Made by a program: the position numbers and the translations under genes
NCBI GenBank assembly: GCA_003228125.1
Contig: QGNP01000006.1
Coordinates: forward strand, 677-64,676
Direction of reading: 5' to 3'
Origin: Chloroflexota bacterium
GTDB lineage: Bacteria > Chloroflexota > Dehalococcoidia > UBA2979
DNA: 64,000 bases
Shown here: piece by piece, positions 1 to 10,538 of the stretch
Numbering within the stretch: the first letter of the stretch is position 1
Layout of the letters: the number at the start of each line of letters is the position of its first letter
Notes under the pieces: model-generated
The model's input: the letters and a program-made list of their open reading frames with translations, nothing else
Database searches by the model: none
Told to the model about the DNA's origin: nothing

Positions 1-116
1 CTATAAGTAAAAGTTGTTATTGCAATTATTAAAATTCCAAAACAAGCAAATAGCAGTTTCTTGAATTTCAATTTTAGAAATTGCTTATTTAATAAATTCA
101 TAATTTTTTTATACAT
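1..116 (-). CDS. hypothetical membrane-anchored protein, N-terminal fragment (gene runs off the window start)
   Basis: The reverse strand from ATG 116..114 reads MYKKIMNLLNKQFLKLKFKKLLFACFGILIIAITTFTY with no stop before position 1. A basic N-terminus is followed by a hydrophobic helix. It is absent from the ORF track because no stop lies inside the window. Confidence 0.3.
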   Translation of the reverse strand, partial: MYKKIMNLLNKQFLKLKFKKLLFACFGILIIAITTFTY

Positions 117-123
117 GATTTAA

Positions 124-933
124 ATGTACAATAACATTGATCAAAAACATATATTATTGAAAGGTGACATTTTGTTTTTAGTTTATTTTTCAGTGCTTAA
201 AAGTTCACCACTGGCATTTATTATAATAATAAGCGCGTTAAGTATTTCATTGCTCTTGGGACTTGTATTGCATGAAATTGTACATGGGTTTATTGCCTAT
301 AAATTAGGAGATCCTACAGCTAAAGAAAATGGTCGGCTTTCATTAAATCCATTAGCACATTTAGATCCTTTTGGATCGTCTTTAATTTTCTTTGTTGGTT
401 TTGGTTGGGCAAAGCCTGTGCCAGTCAATCCAAATTATTTTAAAAATCCTATCAAGGATATGGCAATTGTAGCTTTAGCAGGACCTCTAACGAATATAAT
501 TATAGCTGTTTTAAGTTCCATTCCTTTTCTTTTAGGACTTTTAATTCCAACACATCCTTTAGTACCTCCAAATTATGCAGATCTGATAGTATCATTTTCA
601 AAATTGAGTCCGGCAAATTTATTTGGTTTATTTTTTGGTACAATTACGTTTATAAATGCAACTCTTGCAGTTTTTAATTTAATTCCGATTCCACCACTAG
701 ATGGTTTTAAGGTTTTACTAGGTATTTTACCTGAAAAAGTAGTAAACAATTTATCAAGTTTAGAAAAATGGGGACCAGGCATTCTTATTGTTTTAGTATT
801 AATGCCCTTTTTATCCAATGGATCCATTAGTCCGTTGTGGTGGTTTATTGCTCCATTGAGAGATATGTTTATTAATTTTTTTGCAAGCTCTATGAATGAT
901 TGGTCATTTATGGTGAATGAACTGTTGAAATGA
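124..933 (+). CDS. site-2 protease family (peptidase M50) intramembrane metalloprotease
   Basis: HEIVHGF (HExxH) lies in a TM helix and NLIPIPPLDG forms the second M50 motif. The protein is multi-pass hydrophobic. Confidence 0.8.
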   Translation: MYNNIDQKHILLKGDILFLVYFSVLKSSPLAFIIIISALSISLLLGLVLHEIVHGFIAYKLGDPTAKENGRLSLNPLAHLDPFGSSLIFFVGFGWAKPVPVNPNYFKNPIKDMAIVALAGPLTNIIIAVLSSIPFLLGLLIPTHPLVPPNYADLIVSFSKLSPANLFGLFFGTITFINATLAVFNLIPIPPLDGFKVLLGILPEKVVNNLSSLEKWGPGILIVLVLMPFLSNGSISPLWWFIAPLRDMFINFFASSMNDWSFMVNELLK

Positions 934-996
934 CCAGATTTTATGCATGAAGCTTGATAGAATAATTCAAATAGATTGTAGTAGGGATTAAAATAT

Positions 997-1989
997 ATGA
1001 AAATAGGCATCATTGGGACTGGGTTAATTGGTGCGTCAATTGGTTTAAGATTAAAATCACATGGTGAAGAAAAAATTATTGTTGCAGGATTTGATAGCAA
1101 TAAGGATAATCTTAATCTTGCTTTCAAAATTGGCGCTATTAGCAAAAAAATGAAATCAGCAAAAGAACTTATTTTAAATTCCAATTTAATAATTATAGCT
1201 ACTCCAATTTTAGATATAAAAAACATATTTATTGAAATAAAGAGAATAGATTCTTCAAATAAAATTAATGATCTTATAATTACTGATACTCTTTCAACTA
1301 AAGAAAAAGTGATAGATTGGGCTATTGAAATCTTGCCAAGTAATGTTGTTTTTATTGGAGGGCACCCAATGGCAGGTTCAACTGAAGTGGGTCCTAATTA
1401 TTCAGATGGAAACATGTTTGAAGGAGCCAAGTGGGTATTAACTCCAATAAAAAATGTTCCTAGTGCTGCAATCGAGTCTGTTTTAAGTCTCATAGAAGCA
1501 ATGGGCGCTGAATCTATGTTTATGGATGCCAAAGAACATGATTCATATGTAGCTGCTGTTTCTCACATGCCACTTTTTTTACAGTATGCTTTATTTATCC
1601 TTGTAAGAAATTCCAATGCTTGGAGTGAATTATCCATGTTGGCATCAAGTGGATTTAAAAGCGCTACAAGATTAACTGGAACTAATCCTTCTTTAGCTTT
1701 TGATATTAATGAAACTAATCAAGAGAATATAGTTCATTGGATAGGACGATATGTCGATGTCTTGAATCAACTAAAAGAATTGTTACAAAATAATTCTAGC
1801 AGAGAAGATTTTTTTAGATTAATTGGCTCAACTAATCTTGATTATTTAAAATTTGATGAAGGTGCAATTGGAAGAGAACATTGGGGTGAACCATTGACCG
1901 ATGTACCAGATTTCAATGTCTTTGATTTACTTATGGGCGGCATGTTAACAGAAAAATTAAGTAGATTAGATATGAATAATAAAAAATAA
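997..1989 (+). CDS. tyrA: prephenate dehydrogenase
   Basis: N-terminal Rossmann motif MKIGIIGTGLIGASIG and a GGHPMAGS motif. It sits directly upstream of aroA. Confidence 0.85.
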   Translation: MKIGIIGTGLIGASIGLRLKSHGEEKIIVAGFDSNKDNLNLAFKIGAISKKMKSAKELILNSNLIIIATPILDIKNIFIEIKRIDSSNKINDLIITDTLSTKEKVIDWAIEILPSNVVFIGGHPMAGSTEVGPNYSDGNMFEGAKWVLTPIKNVPSAAIESVLSLIEAMGAESMFMDAKEHDSYVAAVSHMPLFLQYALFILVRNSNAWSELSMLASSGFKSATRLTGTNPSLAFDINETNQENIVHWIGRYVDVLNQLKELLQNNSSREDFFRLIGSTNLDYLKFDEGAIGREHWGEPLTDVPDFNVFDLLMGGMLTEKLSRLDMNNKK

Positions 1990-2007
1990 ATTTATTTTGG
2001 TAAATTA

Positions 2008-3306
2008 ATGGATAAAACTATTTCTAGACCTGCAAAATTGAGAGGCGTAGTTAAGCCACCTGGTGACAAGTCAATTAGTCATCGATCCTTGATTTTTAAT
2101 GCCGTAGCAAATAAACAATCTTTAATCAGTGGACTACTTCTTTCTGATGATATTTTGTCTACTATTAGAATTTTACAAAAACTGGGAGTTCAAATAGATA
2201 TTGCAGAGAATGAAAATATTTGTAAAGTTTATGGAGTAGGATTACATGGATTGCAAGTGCCACAAGATGATTTGGATTGCGGTAATTCGGGCACAACTAT
2301 GAGATTAATGATTGGATTATTAACTGGCATTAAAGGAAACATTCAATTAATTGGCGATCAGTCTTTACAAAAAAGACCTATGGAAAGAATAATAGGTCCT
2401 TTAAATCAAATGGGAGCAAATATTCTTTCAGTAAATTCTGATGGATTATGCCCTATTATAGTTCATGGTCAACCTATTAATGGTGGTCAAGAAATTAATT
2501 TAGAGATTGCTTCTGCCCAAGTGAAGTCAGCTATTCTTTTAGCAGGACTTTACTCAGATGGTTCTACGAAATTAATAGAACCAATTGCTACTAGAGATCA
2601 TACAGAAAGAATGCTTACGGCAATGGGCGCTCAAATTTCTATTAAAGATAATCAAATCGAACTTATTGAACCACCTAATTATTTAAATTCACAAAATATA
2701 GATATTCCCAGTGATATTAGTTCAGCTGCACCTTGGATAATTGCAGCAGTTATTCATCCGGATGCAGAAATTTTAATTGAAAATGTGGGGATTAATCCAA
2801 GTCGTTTTGGAATAATTAAAATATTAGTAAGCATGGGTGCAAACATAGAAATCATTAATAGAAAAACAATCAGCAATGAAGAAGTTGGAGATTTAGTGAT
2901 TAAATCTAGTGTTCTTAATGGTATAATTGTTTCTAAAGAACTGGTTCCTCAAGCAATTGATGAAATACCTTTAATTGCACTAGCTGCTTGTTTTGCAAAA
3001 GGCGAGACACAAATTGCAGGCATTGAAGAATTAAAAGTTAAAGAAAGTGATAGATTAAAGAATACAATAGATATATTGAATCAATTTGGAGGCAATATTA
3101 CATCCTGCAAGCAGGTAATGATTATCGAAGGATCTCGCATATTAAAAGCAACTCATATTCAATGTAGCGACGATCATCGAATGACTATGTTAGCAGGAAT
3201 CGCTGGACTTATAGCTGATGGAACTTCAAGCTTAGTCAATATTGATTCAGTTAGTATTTCTTACCCTAGTTTTTGGAATGATTTTGATTTATTATCGATT
3301 AATTAG
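2008..3306 (+). CDS. aroA: 3-phosphoshikimate 1-carboxyvinyltransferase (EPSP synthase)
   Basis: 432 aa with the PGDKSISHR, LDCGNSGTTMRL and KESDR motifs typical of EPSP synthase. Confidence 0.95.
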   Translation: MDKTISRPAKLRGVVKPPGDKSISHRSLIFNAVANKQSLISGLLLSDDILSTIRILQKLGVQIDIAENENICKVYGVGLHGLQVPQDDLDCGNSGTTMRLMIGLLTGIKGNIQLIGDQSLQKRPMERIIGPLNQMGANILSVNSDGLCPIIVHGQPINGGQEINLEIASAQVKSAILLAGLYSDGSTKLIEPIATRDHTERMLTAMGAQISIKDNQIELIEPPNYLNSQNIDIPSDISSAAPWIIAAVIHPDAEILIENVGINPSRFGIIKILVSMGANIEIINRKTISNEEVGDLVIKSSVLNGIIVSKELVPQAIDEIPLIALAACFAKGETQIAGIEELKVKESDRLKNTIDILNQFGGNITSCKQVMIIEGSRILKATHIQCSDDHRMTMLAGIAGLIADGTSSLVNIDSVSISYPSFWNDFDLLSIN

Positions 3307-3323
3307 TTTTTAAGGAAATAATA

Positions 3324-3881
3324 GTGTCATTTATTGTTGTATTGTCTGGGCCATCAGGAGTCGGCAAGGATTCTATTATTGAAAAAATTATAAAGAAAAA
3401 TAAAAATTTTTTCATGCCAGTAACTATGACTTCAAGATTGAAGCGAAATAATGAAGTTGAAGGAAAAGATTATTTATTTGTTTCTGAAGATGTATTTAAA
3501 GAAAAAATTAAAAAAAATGAATTAGTTGAATACTCAACGGTATACAAAAATTTCTATGGTTTACCTAAATCAAGTATGGAAGCTGGAGAATTATCTGGTA
3601 AGAATATTATATTACGATTAGATGTCAAAGGAGCTTTAAATTTAGTTAAACAGTTTTCTAATGCAGTATCAATTTTTATTACTCCTGAGGATATCGACCA
3701 ATTGATAAAACAGCTCAATGCTAGAAATCAGGAAGAAGAAAGCGAAATCGATAGGCGTATTGCTATTGCTAATAATGAAATAAATGCAGCGAATTTATTT
3801 GATCATGTTGTTATGAATGAAAAATCAAAATTAGATGAAACAGTTGAAATTATCTTAGATCTCATTTTATATAAAAAATAA
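3324..3881 (+). CDS. gmk: guanylate kinase
   Basis: GTG start. P-loop GPSGVGK is followed by TSRxxRxxEVEGKDYLFV and NFYGLPK, which aligns with Gmk rather than shikimate or cytidylate kinase. Confidence 0.85.
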   Translation: MSFIVVLSGPSGVGKDSIIEKIIKKNKNFFMPVTMTSRLKRNNEVEGKDYLFVSEDVFKEKIKKNELVEYSTVYKNFYGLPKSSMEAGELSGKNIILRLDVKGALNLVKQFSNAVSIFITPEDIDQLIKQLNARNQEEESEIDRRIAIANNEINAANLFDHVVMNEKSKLDETVEIILDLILYKK

Positions 3882-3896
3882 GGCAGAAAAATTATC

Positions 3897-5372
3897 ATGA
3901 ATACTTATTCACTTACGATTGAACAAGTTAAAGATGTGGACTCAAGTCAGTATAATGCTGTTGCAATATATAGAGAAATACGTGCAGATTTCGAGACGCC
4001 TTTATCGATATATTTAAAAGTAGATAGCGGTGAATACTCTTATCTTCTAGAATCTGCTGAATTGGGTCACCAAGGTAGGTATTCTTTAATTGGGACTGAT
4101 CCCTATGATATTTATAAAAGCAATGATGAAGATGACAATGAAGATCCACTCGAAATTATTCAGAAAAAATTACATGAAATTAAAGCACCAAATTCTTCAA
4201 ACCTTCCAAGTTTTTGTGGTGGAGCTGTAGGATATCTTTCTTTTGAATTTATTTCAAAAATTGAAGAAAGGATTCAAGATAATAAGACTGACACATTGGG
4301 TCTGCCAAATTCATTTTTTATTTTCTCAGATACTGTTATAGTTTTTGATCACTTACTGCATAGTATTAAGATTGTTAGTCATGTCAGGCTTCATGGCTCT
4401 CTTGTAGAGCAATATAATAAGACAATTGAAAAAATTGAAAAAATTGCAAAAAAAATTGCCAAGCCTTTAGAAAAGTTACCCTATAATCCAATTTCTGGAA
4501 AGATTAATCAAAAAATTGAATCAAATTGGGACCCTGATAATTATAAGCAGGCAGTTAACAAATTAAAAGAATATATAGTTAATGGCGATATCATTCAGGG
4601 CGTACTATCACAAAGATTTAAAGTAGAAACTGGAGCACATCCTTTTGAAATATATCGTTCTTTAAGAACTATTAATCCATCTCCATATATGTACTATTTA
4701 AAATTTAAAGATACTTATATCGTAGGCGCATCTCCGGAATTATTGGTAAAAATTGAAAATAATATAGTCGAGAATCATCCAATTGCTGGCACAAGACCAC
4801 GTGGTAAAGATTCAAATGAAGATGAATTGCTTGCAAAAGAATTAAAAAATGATCCTAAAGAAATTGCAGAACATATTATGTTATTAGATTTGGGTAGAAA
4901 TGATGTCGGCAGAGTTGCAGTACCAGGAAGCGTACAGGTAACTCAAAAATTAGATATTGAATATTATTCACATGTAATGCATTTAGTTTCGCATGTAAAA
5001 GGAAATCTAAAAGCATCATTAACTCCATATGATGCTCTTAGAGCTTCTTTTCCGGCAGGAACTGTATCAGGAGCACCAAAAATAAGAGCAATAGAAATTA
5101 TTCAGGAATTAGAACCAGATAAAAGAGGAGCTTATGCTGGTGCAGTTGGATTTTTTAGTACTACTGGTGATATTGAAACATGCATTACAATTAGAACTAT
5201 GATTATTAAAAATAAAATAGCTTATATCCAAGCAGGAGGTGGAATTGTCTTTGACTCTGATCCACAAAAGGAATATGAAGAAACCCAACATAAAGCAAGG
5301 GCATTGATAGAATCTATTCGTGATGCTGAAAATTACAATAACTTGAATAAAATTGGCAAACTTGGTTATTAG
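3897..5372 (+). CDS. trpE: anthranilate synthase component I
   Basis: 491 aa with a chorismate-binding C-terminal domain (GAYAGAVGFF, IQAGGGIV) and trp operon context. Confidence 0.95.
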   Translation: MNTYSLTIEQVKDVDSSQYNAVAIYREIRADFETPLSIYLKVDSGEYSYLLESAELGHQGRYSLIGTDPYDIYKSNDEDDNEDPLEIIQKKLHEIKAPNSSNLPSFCGGAVGYLSFEFISKIEERIQDNKTDTLGLPNSFFIFSDTVIVFDHLLHSIKIVSHVRLHGSLVEQYNKTIEKIEKIAKKIAKPLEKLPYNPISGKINQKIESNWDPDNYKQAVNKLKEYIVNGDIIQGVLSQRFKVETGAHPFEIYRSLRTINPSPYMYYLKFKDTYIVGASPELLVKIENNIVENHPIAGTRPRGKDSNEDELLAKELKNDPKEIAEHIMLLDLGRNDVGRVAVPGSVQVTQKLDIEYYSHVMHLVSHVKGNLKASLTPYDALRASFPAGTVSGAPKIRAIEIIQELEPDKRGAYAGAVGFFSTTGDIETCITIRTMIIKNKIAYIQAGGGIVFDSDPQKEYEETQHKARALIESIRDAENYNNLNKIGKLGY

Positions 5373-5387
5373 TCGATAGGACTTAAA

Positions 5388-5963
5388 ATGTTTTTACTTA
5401 TAGATAATTATGATTCATTCACTTATAACTTATATCAATATATTGCTGAAATTTCAAATGATGAAATACAGGTTTTTAGGAATGATAAAATATCAATTGA
5501 AGATTGCTTACTTATGAAACCAAATTATATTGTGATTTCTCCTGGACCTCGGACACCTAGTGAAGCAGGAATTTGCGTTGATCTAATAAAAAAAGTTGCT
5601 GGCAGGATACCCTTATTAGGAGTTTGCCTTGGTCATCAATGCATTGGCCAGGCATTTGGTTCTAGTATTATTCCAGCTGGAGAAATTGTTCATGGTAAAA
5701 ATTCTATTATTTCACATGATCAACATGGTATTTTTTCTGGCATACCTGAAAATTTTTCAGCAATTAGATATCATTCTCTTGTTGTTTCTGAAGACAATTT
5801 ATCTTCTGAATTAACGGTGAGTGCTCGTTCAGAGTCAGGTTTAATAATGGGTCTTAGAAATACGAGTTTAAAAATTGAAGGAATTCAATTTCATCCAGAA
5901 TCTATAGCAACTGATTACGGAAAGCAAATAATAGATAATTTTATAAAAATTTATAAATCTTAA
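5388..5963 (+). CDS. trpG: anthranilate synthase component II (glutamine amidotransferase)
   Basis: Class-I GATase with GVCLGHQ (catalytic Cys) and FHPES motifs. Confidence 0.9.
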   Translation: MFLLIDNYDSFTYNLYQYIAEISNDEIQVFRNDKISIEDCLLMKPNYIVISPGPRTPSEAGICVDLIKKVAGRIPLLGVCLGHQCIGQAFGSSIIPAGEIVHGKNSIISHDQHGIFSGIPENFSAIRYHSLVVSEDNLSSELTVSARSESGLIMGLRNTSLKIEGIQFHPESIATDYGKQIIDNFIKIYKS

Positions 5964-5988
5964 TTTACTATAAAAAATAGGGATAGAA

Positions 5989-7029
5989 ATGTCGAATACA
6001 AATATATTAAATGCTATTAAAACATTGATCGATGAACATAGAAACTTATCTGAAAAAGAAGCTTATCTTATTATGCAAGAAATTATGCAAGGCAGTGTTT
6101 CTGATAAATTAGTGAGTTCTTTGTTAACTATTTTAACATATAAAGGTGAAAGTGTTTCAGAACTAGTTGGCATGAATAAGGCTATGCAAGAAGCATGCTT
6201 AAATGTCGGAGATGTACCATTTCCTTTATTAGATACGTGTGGTACTGGTGGTGCAAAAGTAAAGACATTTAATGTTTCTACTGCTGCTGCATTTATAGCA
6301 GCAGCAGGTGGGGCTAGTGTTGCAAAGCATGGTAATCGAGCAATGACATCTTCTTCTGGATCTGCAGATTTTCTTGAAGCATTAGGTGCAAATATTTCGC
6401 TTGAACCATTAATGGTTTCAAAGTGCATTAATGAAACAGGCATCGGGTTTATGTTTGCTCAAAACTTTCATCCTGCGATGAAATATGTTTCTGGCGTTAG
6501 AAAAGAATTAGGATTTCGTACTATTTTTAATTTATTAGGACCATTGACTAATCCTGCACGCGCAAATTGTCGCATTCTAGGTACATCATCTCCCAAAGTT
6601 GCAAAAAAAATGGCTGAAGCATTATTGAATTTAAATATGCGTCATGCATTAGTGGTTTGTGGCGAAGAAGAAATCGATGAAATTTCTGTATCAGGTAATA
6701 CTTTAGTGTATGAAATTAGAAACAAAAAATTAAACGAGTTTATTTTAAATCCTCAAGATTATGGAATACAAAAATACAAAATTACACAATTATTAAGCAG
6801 TACCCCTGAAGAGAACGCACAAAAATTTCGAGACATACTCTCTGGTAATGGAGAGTCAGCCCTGCATGATTTTATTGTTATGAATGCTGGCCCAGCTTTG
6901 TATGTTACAGGAGTTGCATCTTCAATCAAAGACGGCATCCGTATTGCAGAAGAAGCTATTGATAATGGTGATGCTGCTAGCAAAGTTGCTGCATTTATTG
7001 AAGTTACAAAAAAATTATCTAAAAAGTAG
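5989..7029 (+). CDS. trpD: anthranilate phosphoribosyltransferase
   Basis: DTCGTGGA and KHGNRA motifs; 346 aa. Confidence 0.95.
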   Translation: MSNTNILNAIKTLIDEHRNLSEKEAYLIMQEIMQGSVSDKLVSSLLTILTYKGESVSELVGMNKAMQEACLNVGDVPFPLLDTCGTGGAKVKTFNVSTAAAFIAAAGGASVAKHGNRAMTSSSGSADFLEALGANISLEPLMVSKCINETGIGFMFAQNFHPAMKYVSGVRKELGFRTIFNLLGPLTNPARANCRILGTSSPKVAKKMAEALLNLNMRHALVVCGEEEIDEISVSGNTLVYEIRNKKLNEFILNPQDYGIQKYKITQLLSSTPEENAQKFRDILSGNGESALHDFIVMNAGPALYVTGVASSIKDGIRIAEEAIDNGDAASKVAAFIEVTKKLSKK

Positions 7030-7046
7030 TTAATAGGTAAAATAAA

Positions 7047-7898
7047 ATGATTAGAAAAACAAATACAATTTTAGATAAAATTATTTCTGATGTGATGATT
7101 GATTTAAATAATAGAAAAAAGAAACTACCTTTGAAAAATATTATGAATGATTGCGAAAATCATAACAGAAGTATAGTTAGCTTAAAAGGAAGATTGCTTA
7201 ATAGGACAATTTATACACCTAAAAAAGCTCAAATGAGCATTATTGGTGAGATTAAGCGCGCCTCACCTTCTAAAGGCATTTTTAATGTTGATATAGATCC
7301 AATAGAAGTAGCAGATATTTATACTAAGTCTGGGATGGTGGGTATTTCTATTTTAACTGAAAAAGATCATTTTTTGGGCAAATTAATAGATATGTCCAAT
7401 TGTTATAACAGTCTTTATGATAACTTTAAGCAGAATAGGCCAGCAATTTTGAGAAAAGATTTTATTGTTGAAGATTATCAAATTTATGAGTCATATTTAA
7501 ATGGAGCGGATGCCTTTTTATTAATCGTGAAGATTTTGAGCGATCAACAACTATCGCAATTTATTAATTTAGGTCATCAATTAGGCATTGAAACTCTTGT
7601 AGAAGTTCAAAATTACGAAGAAATTAATAGAGCTCTAAATGCTGGTGCTAGTTTAATAGGTATTAACAATAGGGACTTACATACTTTTAGTGAAACAATT
7701 AATACTACAATTGATTTAATTTCTAAAATTCCAAAAAACATTGTATGTATATCTGAATCAGGAATTAAAGAAGTTGATGATGTCAAAATGTTGAAAAAAA
7801 CTAATGTATTAGGCATGCTTATTGGTGAAGCATTTATGAATAAAAAATTTAGCAAGAGAGTTATTTTAAAAAAAGCACATTCTCTAATGTTAGCGTGA
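7047..7898 (+). CDS. trpC: indole-3-glycerol phosphate synthase
   Basis: GEIKRASPSKG and GINNRDL motifs. It carries a roughly 30-aa N-terminal extension. Confidence 0.9.
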   Translation: MIRKTNTILDKIISDVMIDLNNRKKKLPLKNIMNDCENHNRSIVSLKGRLLNRTIYTPKKAQMSIIGEIKRASPSKGIFNVDIDPIEVADIYTKSGMVGISILTEKDHFLGKLIDMSNCYNSLYDNFKQNRPAILRKDFIVEDYQIYESYLNGADAFLLIVKILSDQQLSQFINLGHQLGIETLVEVQNYEEINRALNAGASLIGINNRDLHTFSETINTTIDLISKIPKNIVCISESGIKEVDDVKMLKKTNVLGMLIGEAFMNKKFSKRVILKKAHSLMLA

Positions 7899-7902
7899 AA
7901 TA

Positions 7903-8637
7903 ATGTCAACTATTATAAAAATTTGTGGAATTAAAGATGTGGCTACTGCTGAATTTATTCGTGATGCTGGAGCAGACATGATTGGTTTAGTTTTTACCGA
8001 TTCGCCAAGAAAAATTGACACTCTAACAGCATCAAGTATTGTAAGATCACTAGGTGAACCGTTAAGAAAAAAAATACTAGAAGTTCCACCTCCAATGCTA
8101 AGAGCAACTGATGATCAATGGTATATGCGTAGTCATCAAATTTTAGAATCTTATTTGCAGCACAAAAGACCGTTGACTGTGGGGATATTTGCTAAAGAAT
8201 CGATAGATGAAATTAATGAAATAATAGAAAAAACAGATATTGATTTAGTGCAATTAGCGGGAAATTATAAAATAGAAGATTCCTTATCTATTACAAGACA
8301 AACTCTTTTTGCTCTTGGTGTCAATCATGCAACATCAAAAAAAGATATTCTAAAACAAATTACTCCTGGCCATGTTTTATCAATCATATTTGATTCCTTT
8401 AATAATAAAAATATTGGTGGTAGTGGTATTTCGTTTGATTGGAACGATTTTTTTAATATAGATTTAGACATGCCATATATGCTTGCTGGAGGATTAAATG
8501 TGCATAATATCGAATCAGCAATAAAAAAATTAAATCCATGGGGAGTTGATGTATCTTCTGGTGTTGAAGAAAAAGGTTGTAAAAGTAAGGCTTTAATTGA
8601 AGAGTTTATAAAAATTGTTCGGAGAACTAATGCGTAA
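7903..8637 (+). CDS. trpF: phosphoribosylanthranilate isomerase
   Basis: IKICGI N-terminus and a [10 protein letters not shown]-terminal motif. At 244 aa it is longer than usual, with an apparent insertion after the second strand. Confidence 0.85.
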   Translation: MSTIIKICGIKDVATAEFIRDAGADMIGLVFTDSPRKIDTLTASSIVRSLGEPLRKKILEVPPPMLRATDDQWYMRSHQILESYLQHKRPLTVGIFAKESIDEINEIIEKTDIDLVQLAGNYKIEDSLSITRQTLFALGVNHATSKKDILKQITPGHVLSIIFDSFNNKNIGGSGISFDWNDFFNIDLDMPYMLAGGLNVHNIESAIKKLNPWGVDVSSGVEEKGCKSKALIEEFIKIVRRTNA

Positions 8638-9823
8638 TTTATTTCCTGATAACGAAGGACATTTTGGTGAATTTGGTGGGAAATTTGTACCAGAAACATT
8701 GATGCCTGCCTTAGATGAACTTGAGGATATATTTCGATTAGCAATTAATGATAATAATTTTACTGAAGAATTAGATCATTTATTAACTTCTTATGTTGGT
8801 AGACCAACTCCATTAACTTTTGCTAAAAATTTAACAAAAAAATTAGGGTTTAAGATCTATCTTAAAAGAGAAGATTTATGCCATACGGGTGCTCATAAAA
8901 TTAATGCTGCGATTGCTCAAGGGTTACTTGTTAAAAAGATGGGTAAATCTAGAGTTGTTGCAGAAACAGGGGCAGGCCAACATGGAGTTGCAACAGCAAC
9001 GGCATGTGCTCTTTTAGGAATAGATGCTGTGATTTATATGGGCGCTAAAGATTATGATAGGCAAAAAATTAATGTCGCTAGAATGCGGTTGCTAGGTGCG
9101 ACTGTTATAAAAGTTGATTCTGGATCTCAAACTCTGAAAGATGCAATTAATGAGGCAATCAGAGATTGGGTTACAAATGTAAGTACTACTCATTATTTGA
9201 TAGGCAGTGTTGTAGGTCCTCATCCTTATCCTGAAATTGTCAGAAGCTTTCAGTCAATTATTGGAAAAGAAGTTAAAGATCAAATTATGATTGAGGAGAA
9301 AAAAATGCCGGATATTGTTATTGCTTGTGTTGGAGGCGGCTCTAATGCAATGGGTATTTTTCATTCATTTATCGATGAAGAAAATACCAAGTTAATTGGT
9401 ATTGAAGCTGCTGGTGAGGGATTAAATAAAAAACATGCAGCTACGCTATCAGTGGGCACAACAGGTATTTTGCATGGAATGAAATCGTTGGTCTTGCAAA
9501 ACTCTGATGGACAAATACAAGAAGCACATTCTATTTCTGCTGGCTTAGATTATCCTGGAGTTGGACCTGAGCATGCATGGTTAAAATCTATTAAGCGAGC
9601 AGAGTATTATAGCGTTACGAATGAAGTTGCTTTAATGGGAGTGAAATTGCTTTCTGAATCTGAAGGAATCATACCAGCATTAGAAACAGCTCATGCTGTA
9701 GGATATTTACCTGAATTAACAAATGTTCTTAATGAACAATCCGTCCTTGTCCTTAATGTGAGCGGCAGGGGAGATAAAGACATGGATATTATTTCTGAGA
9801 AGTTAAACTTTTTTAGTACATAA
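8630..9823 (+). CDS. trpB: tryptophan synthase beta chain
   Basis: [22 protein letters not shown] (PLP lysine) and GGGSNA motifs. I place the start at ATG 8630 (GGAG 8621-8624 plus 5 nt) rather than the track's TTG 8615. It overlaps the trpF stop by 8 nt. Confidence 0.95.
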   Translation: MRNLFPDNEGHFGEFGGKFVPETLMPALDELEDIFRLAINDNNFTEELDHLLTSYVGRPTPLTFAKNLTKKLGFKIYLKREDLCHTGAHKINAAIAQGLLVKKMGKSRVVAETGAGQHGVATATACALLGIDAVIYMGAKDYDRQKINVARMRLLGATVIKVDSGSQTLKDAINEAIRDWVTNVSTTHYLIGSVVGPHPYPEIVRSFQSIIGKEVKDQIMIEEKKMPDIVIACVGGGSNAMGIFHSFIDEENTKLIGIEAAGEGLNKKHAATLSVGTTGILHGMKSLVLQNSDGQIQEAHSISAGLDYPGVGPEHAWLKSIKRAEYYSVTNEVALMGVKLLSESEGIIPALETAHAVGYLPELTNVLNEQSVLVLNVSGRGDKDMDIISEKLNFFST

Positions 9824-9836
9824 TTGAAACTATGCT

Positions 9837-10529
9837 ATGAATATATCAACTCGAGAGACTTATTTTATTATTTGTGCATTTTTTTTCTATTTGATTTTTT
9901 TATTTGGCTTGCTATTATCAACAATAGAATACTTTAATTTTCAAAATTATGAATTGTTTAAAAAAAATTTTGGATTATTTTCTTCTATTTTTTGGCAAAT
10001 AACTGTAATAATTTTTTTTCTAAACTATAGCAAGAAGAAAGGGTTGACTAGAATATTTTATGGTTTTAATAAACCCAAATCATGGAAAGTTGTTTTGCAT
10101 GCATGGTTAGGTGCTTATTTAATTTTTAGTTCTTATGGACTAACAATTTATTTACTTGAATATTTTGGATTCGAAAGTATTTCTGCTTTATCTAAAATGC
10201 AAGAACTGCCTTTTAATAGAGATGATAATATGATTATTCTTTTTATTTTAGTTACATCAATTACAATACTTGCTCCACTTGTCGAGGAACTCTTATTTCG
10301 CGGATTTATGTTGAATGCTTTGCTTTTTCATATGTCTGTGAAAAGAGCTACTTTTATAAGCGGGCTATGTTTTGCAATTTTTCATTTACAATTAACAGTT
10401 TTAATTCCTTTTACATTAGTAGGATGGTTATTTGCAACTATAAGAATAAAATCAGGCTCATTATGGCCTTCTATTTTTGCACATGCGGGTGTAAATTCAG
10501 TTAGTACATTTTTTCTTTTATTGCAGTGA
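9837..10529 (+). CDS. CPBP family intramembrane glutamic endopeptidase (CAAX protease/Abi family)
   Basis: Multi-pass membrane protein with the EELLFRG, FAIFH and HAGVN motifs characteristic of CPBP proteases. Confidence 0.8.
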   Translation: MNISTRETYFIICAFFFYLIFLFGLLLSTIEYFNFQNYELFKKNFGLFSSIFWQITVIIFFLNYSKKKGLTRIFYGFNKPKSWKVVLHAWLGAYLIFSSYGLTIYLLEYFGFESISALSKMQELPFNRDDNMIILFILVTSITILAPLVEELLFRGFMLNALLFHMSVKRATFISGLCFAIFHLQLTVLIPFTLVGWLFATIRIKSGSLWPSIFAHAGVNSVSTFFLLLQ

Positions 10530-10538
10530 GGTTTTTTT

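Noticed and set aside
573-1226. 217-aa minus-strand ORF overlapping the M50 protease and tyrA. Similar long antisense ORFs occur at 6063-6443, 8325-8744, 21054-21443, 35400-35801, 43886-44332 and 58569-59003.
   Set aside because: All lie antisense to genes with clear homology-type motifs. Their translations are low-complexity (rich in Ile, Phe, Ser and Leu) with no recognisable motifs. Such shadow ORFs are expected in AT-rich DNA where stop codons are depleted opposite coding frames.
3324-3881. The kinase in the aromatic cluster considered as a mis-assigned shikimate kinase (aroK) or cytidylate kinase (cmk).
   Set aside because: The sequence aligns along its length with guanylate kinase (GPSGxGK, T-S-R...EVEGKDYLFV, NFYG). 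It lacks the shikimate-binding motifs.
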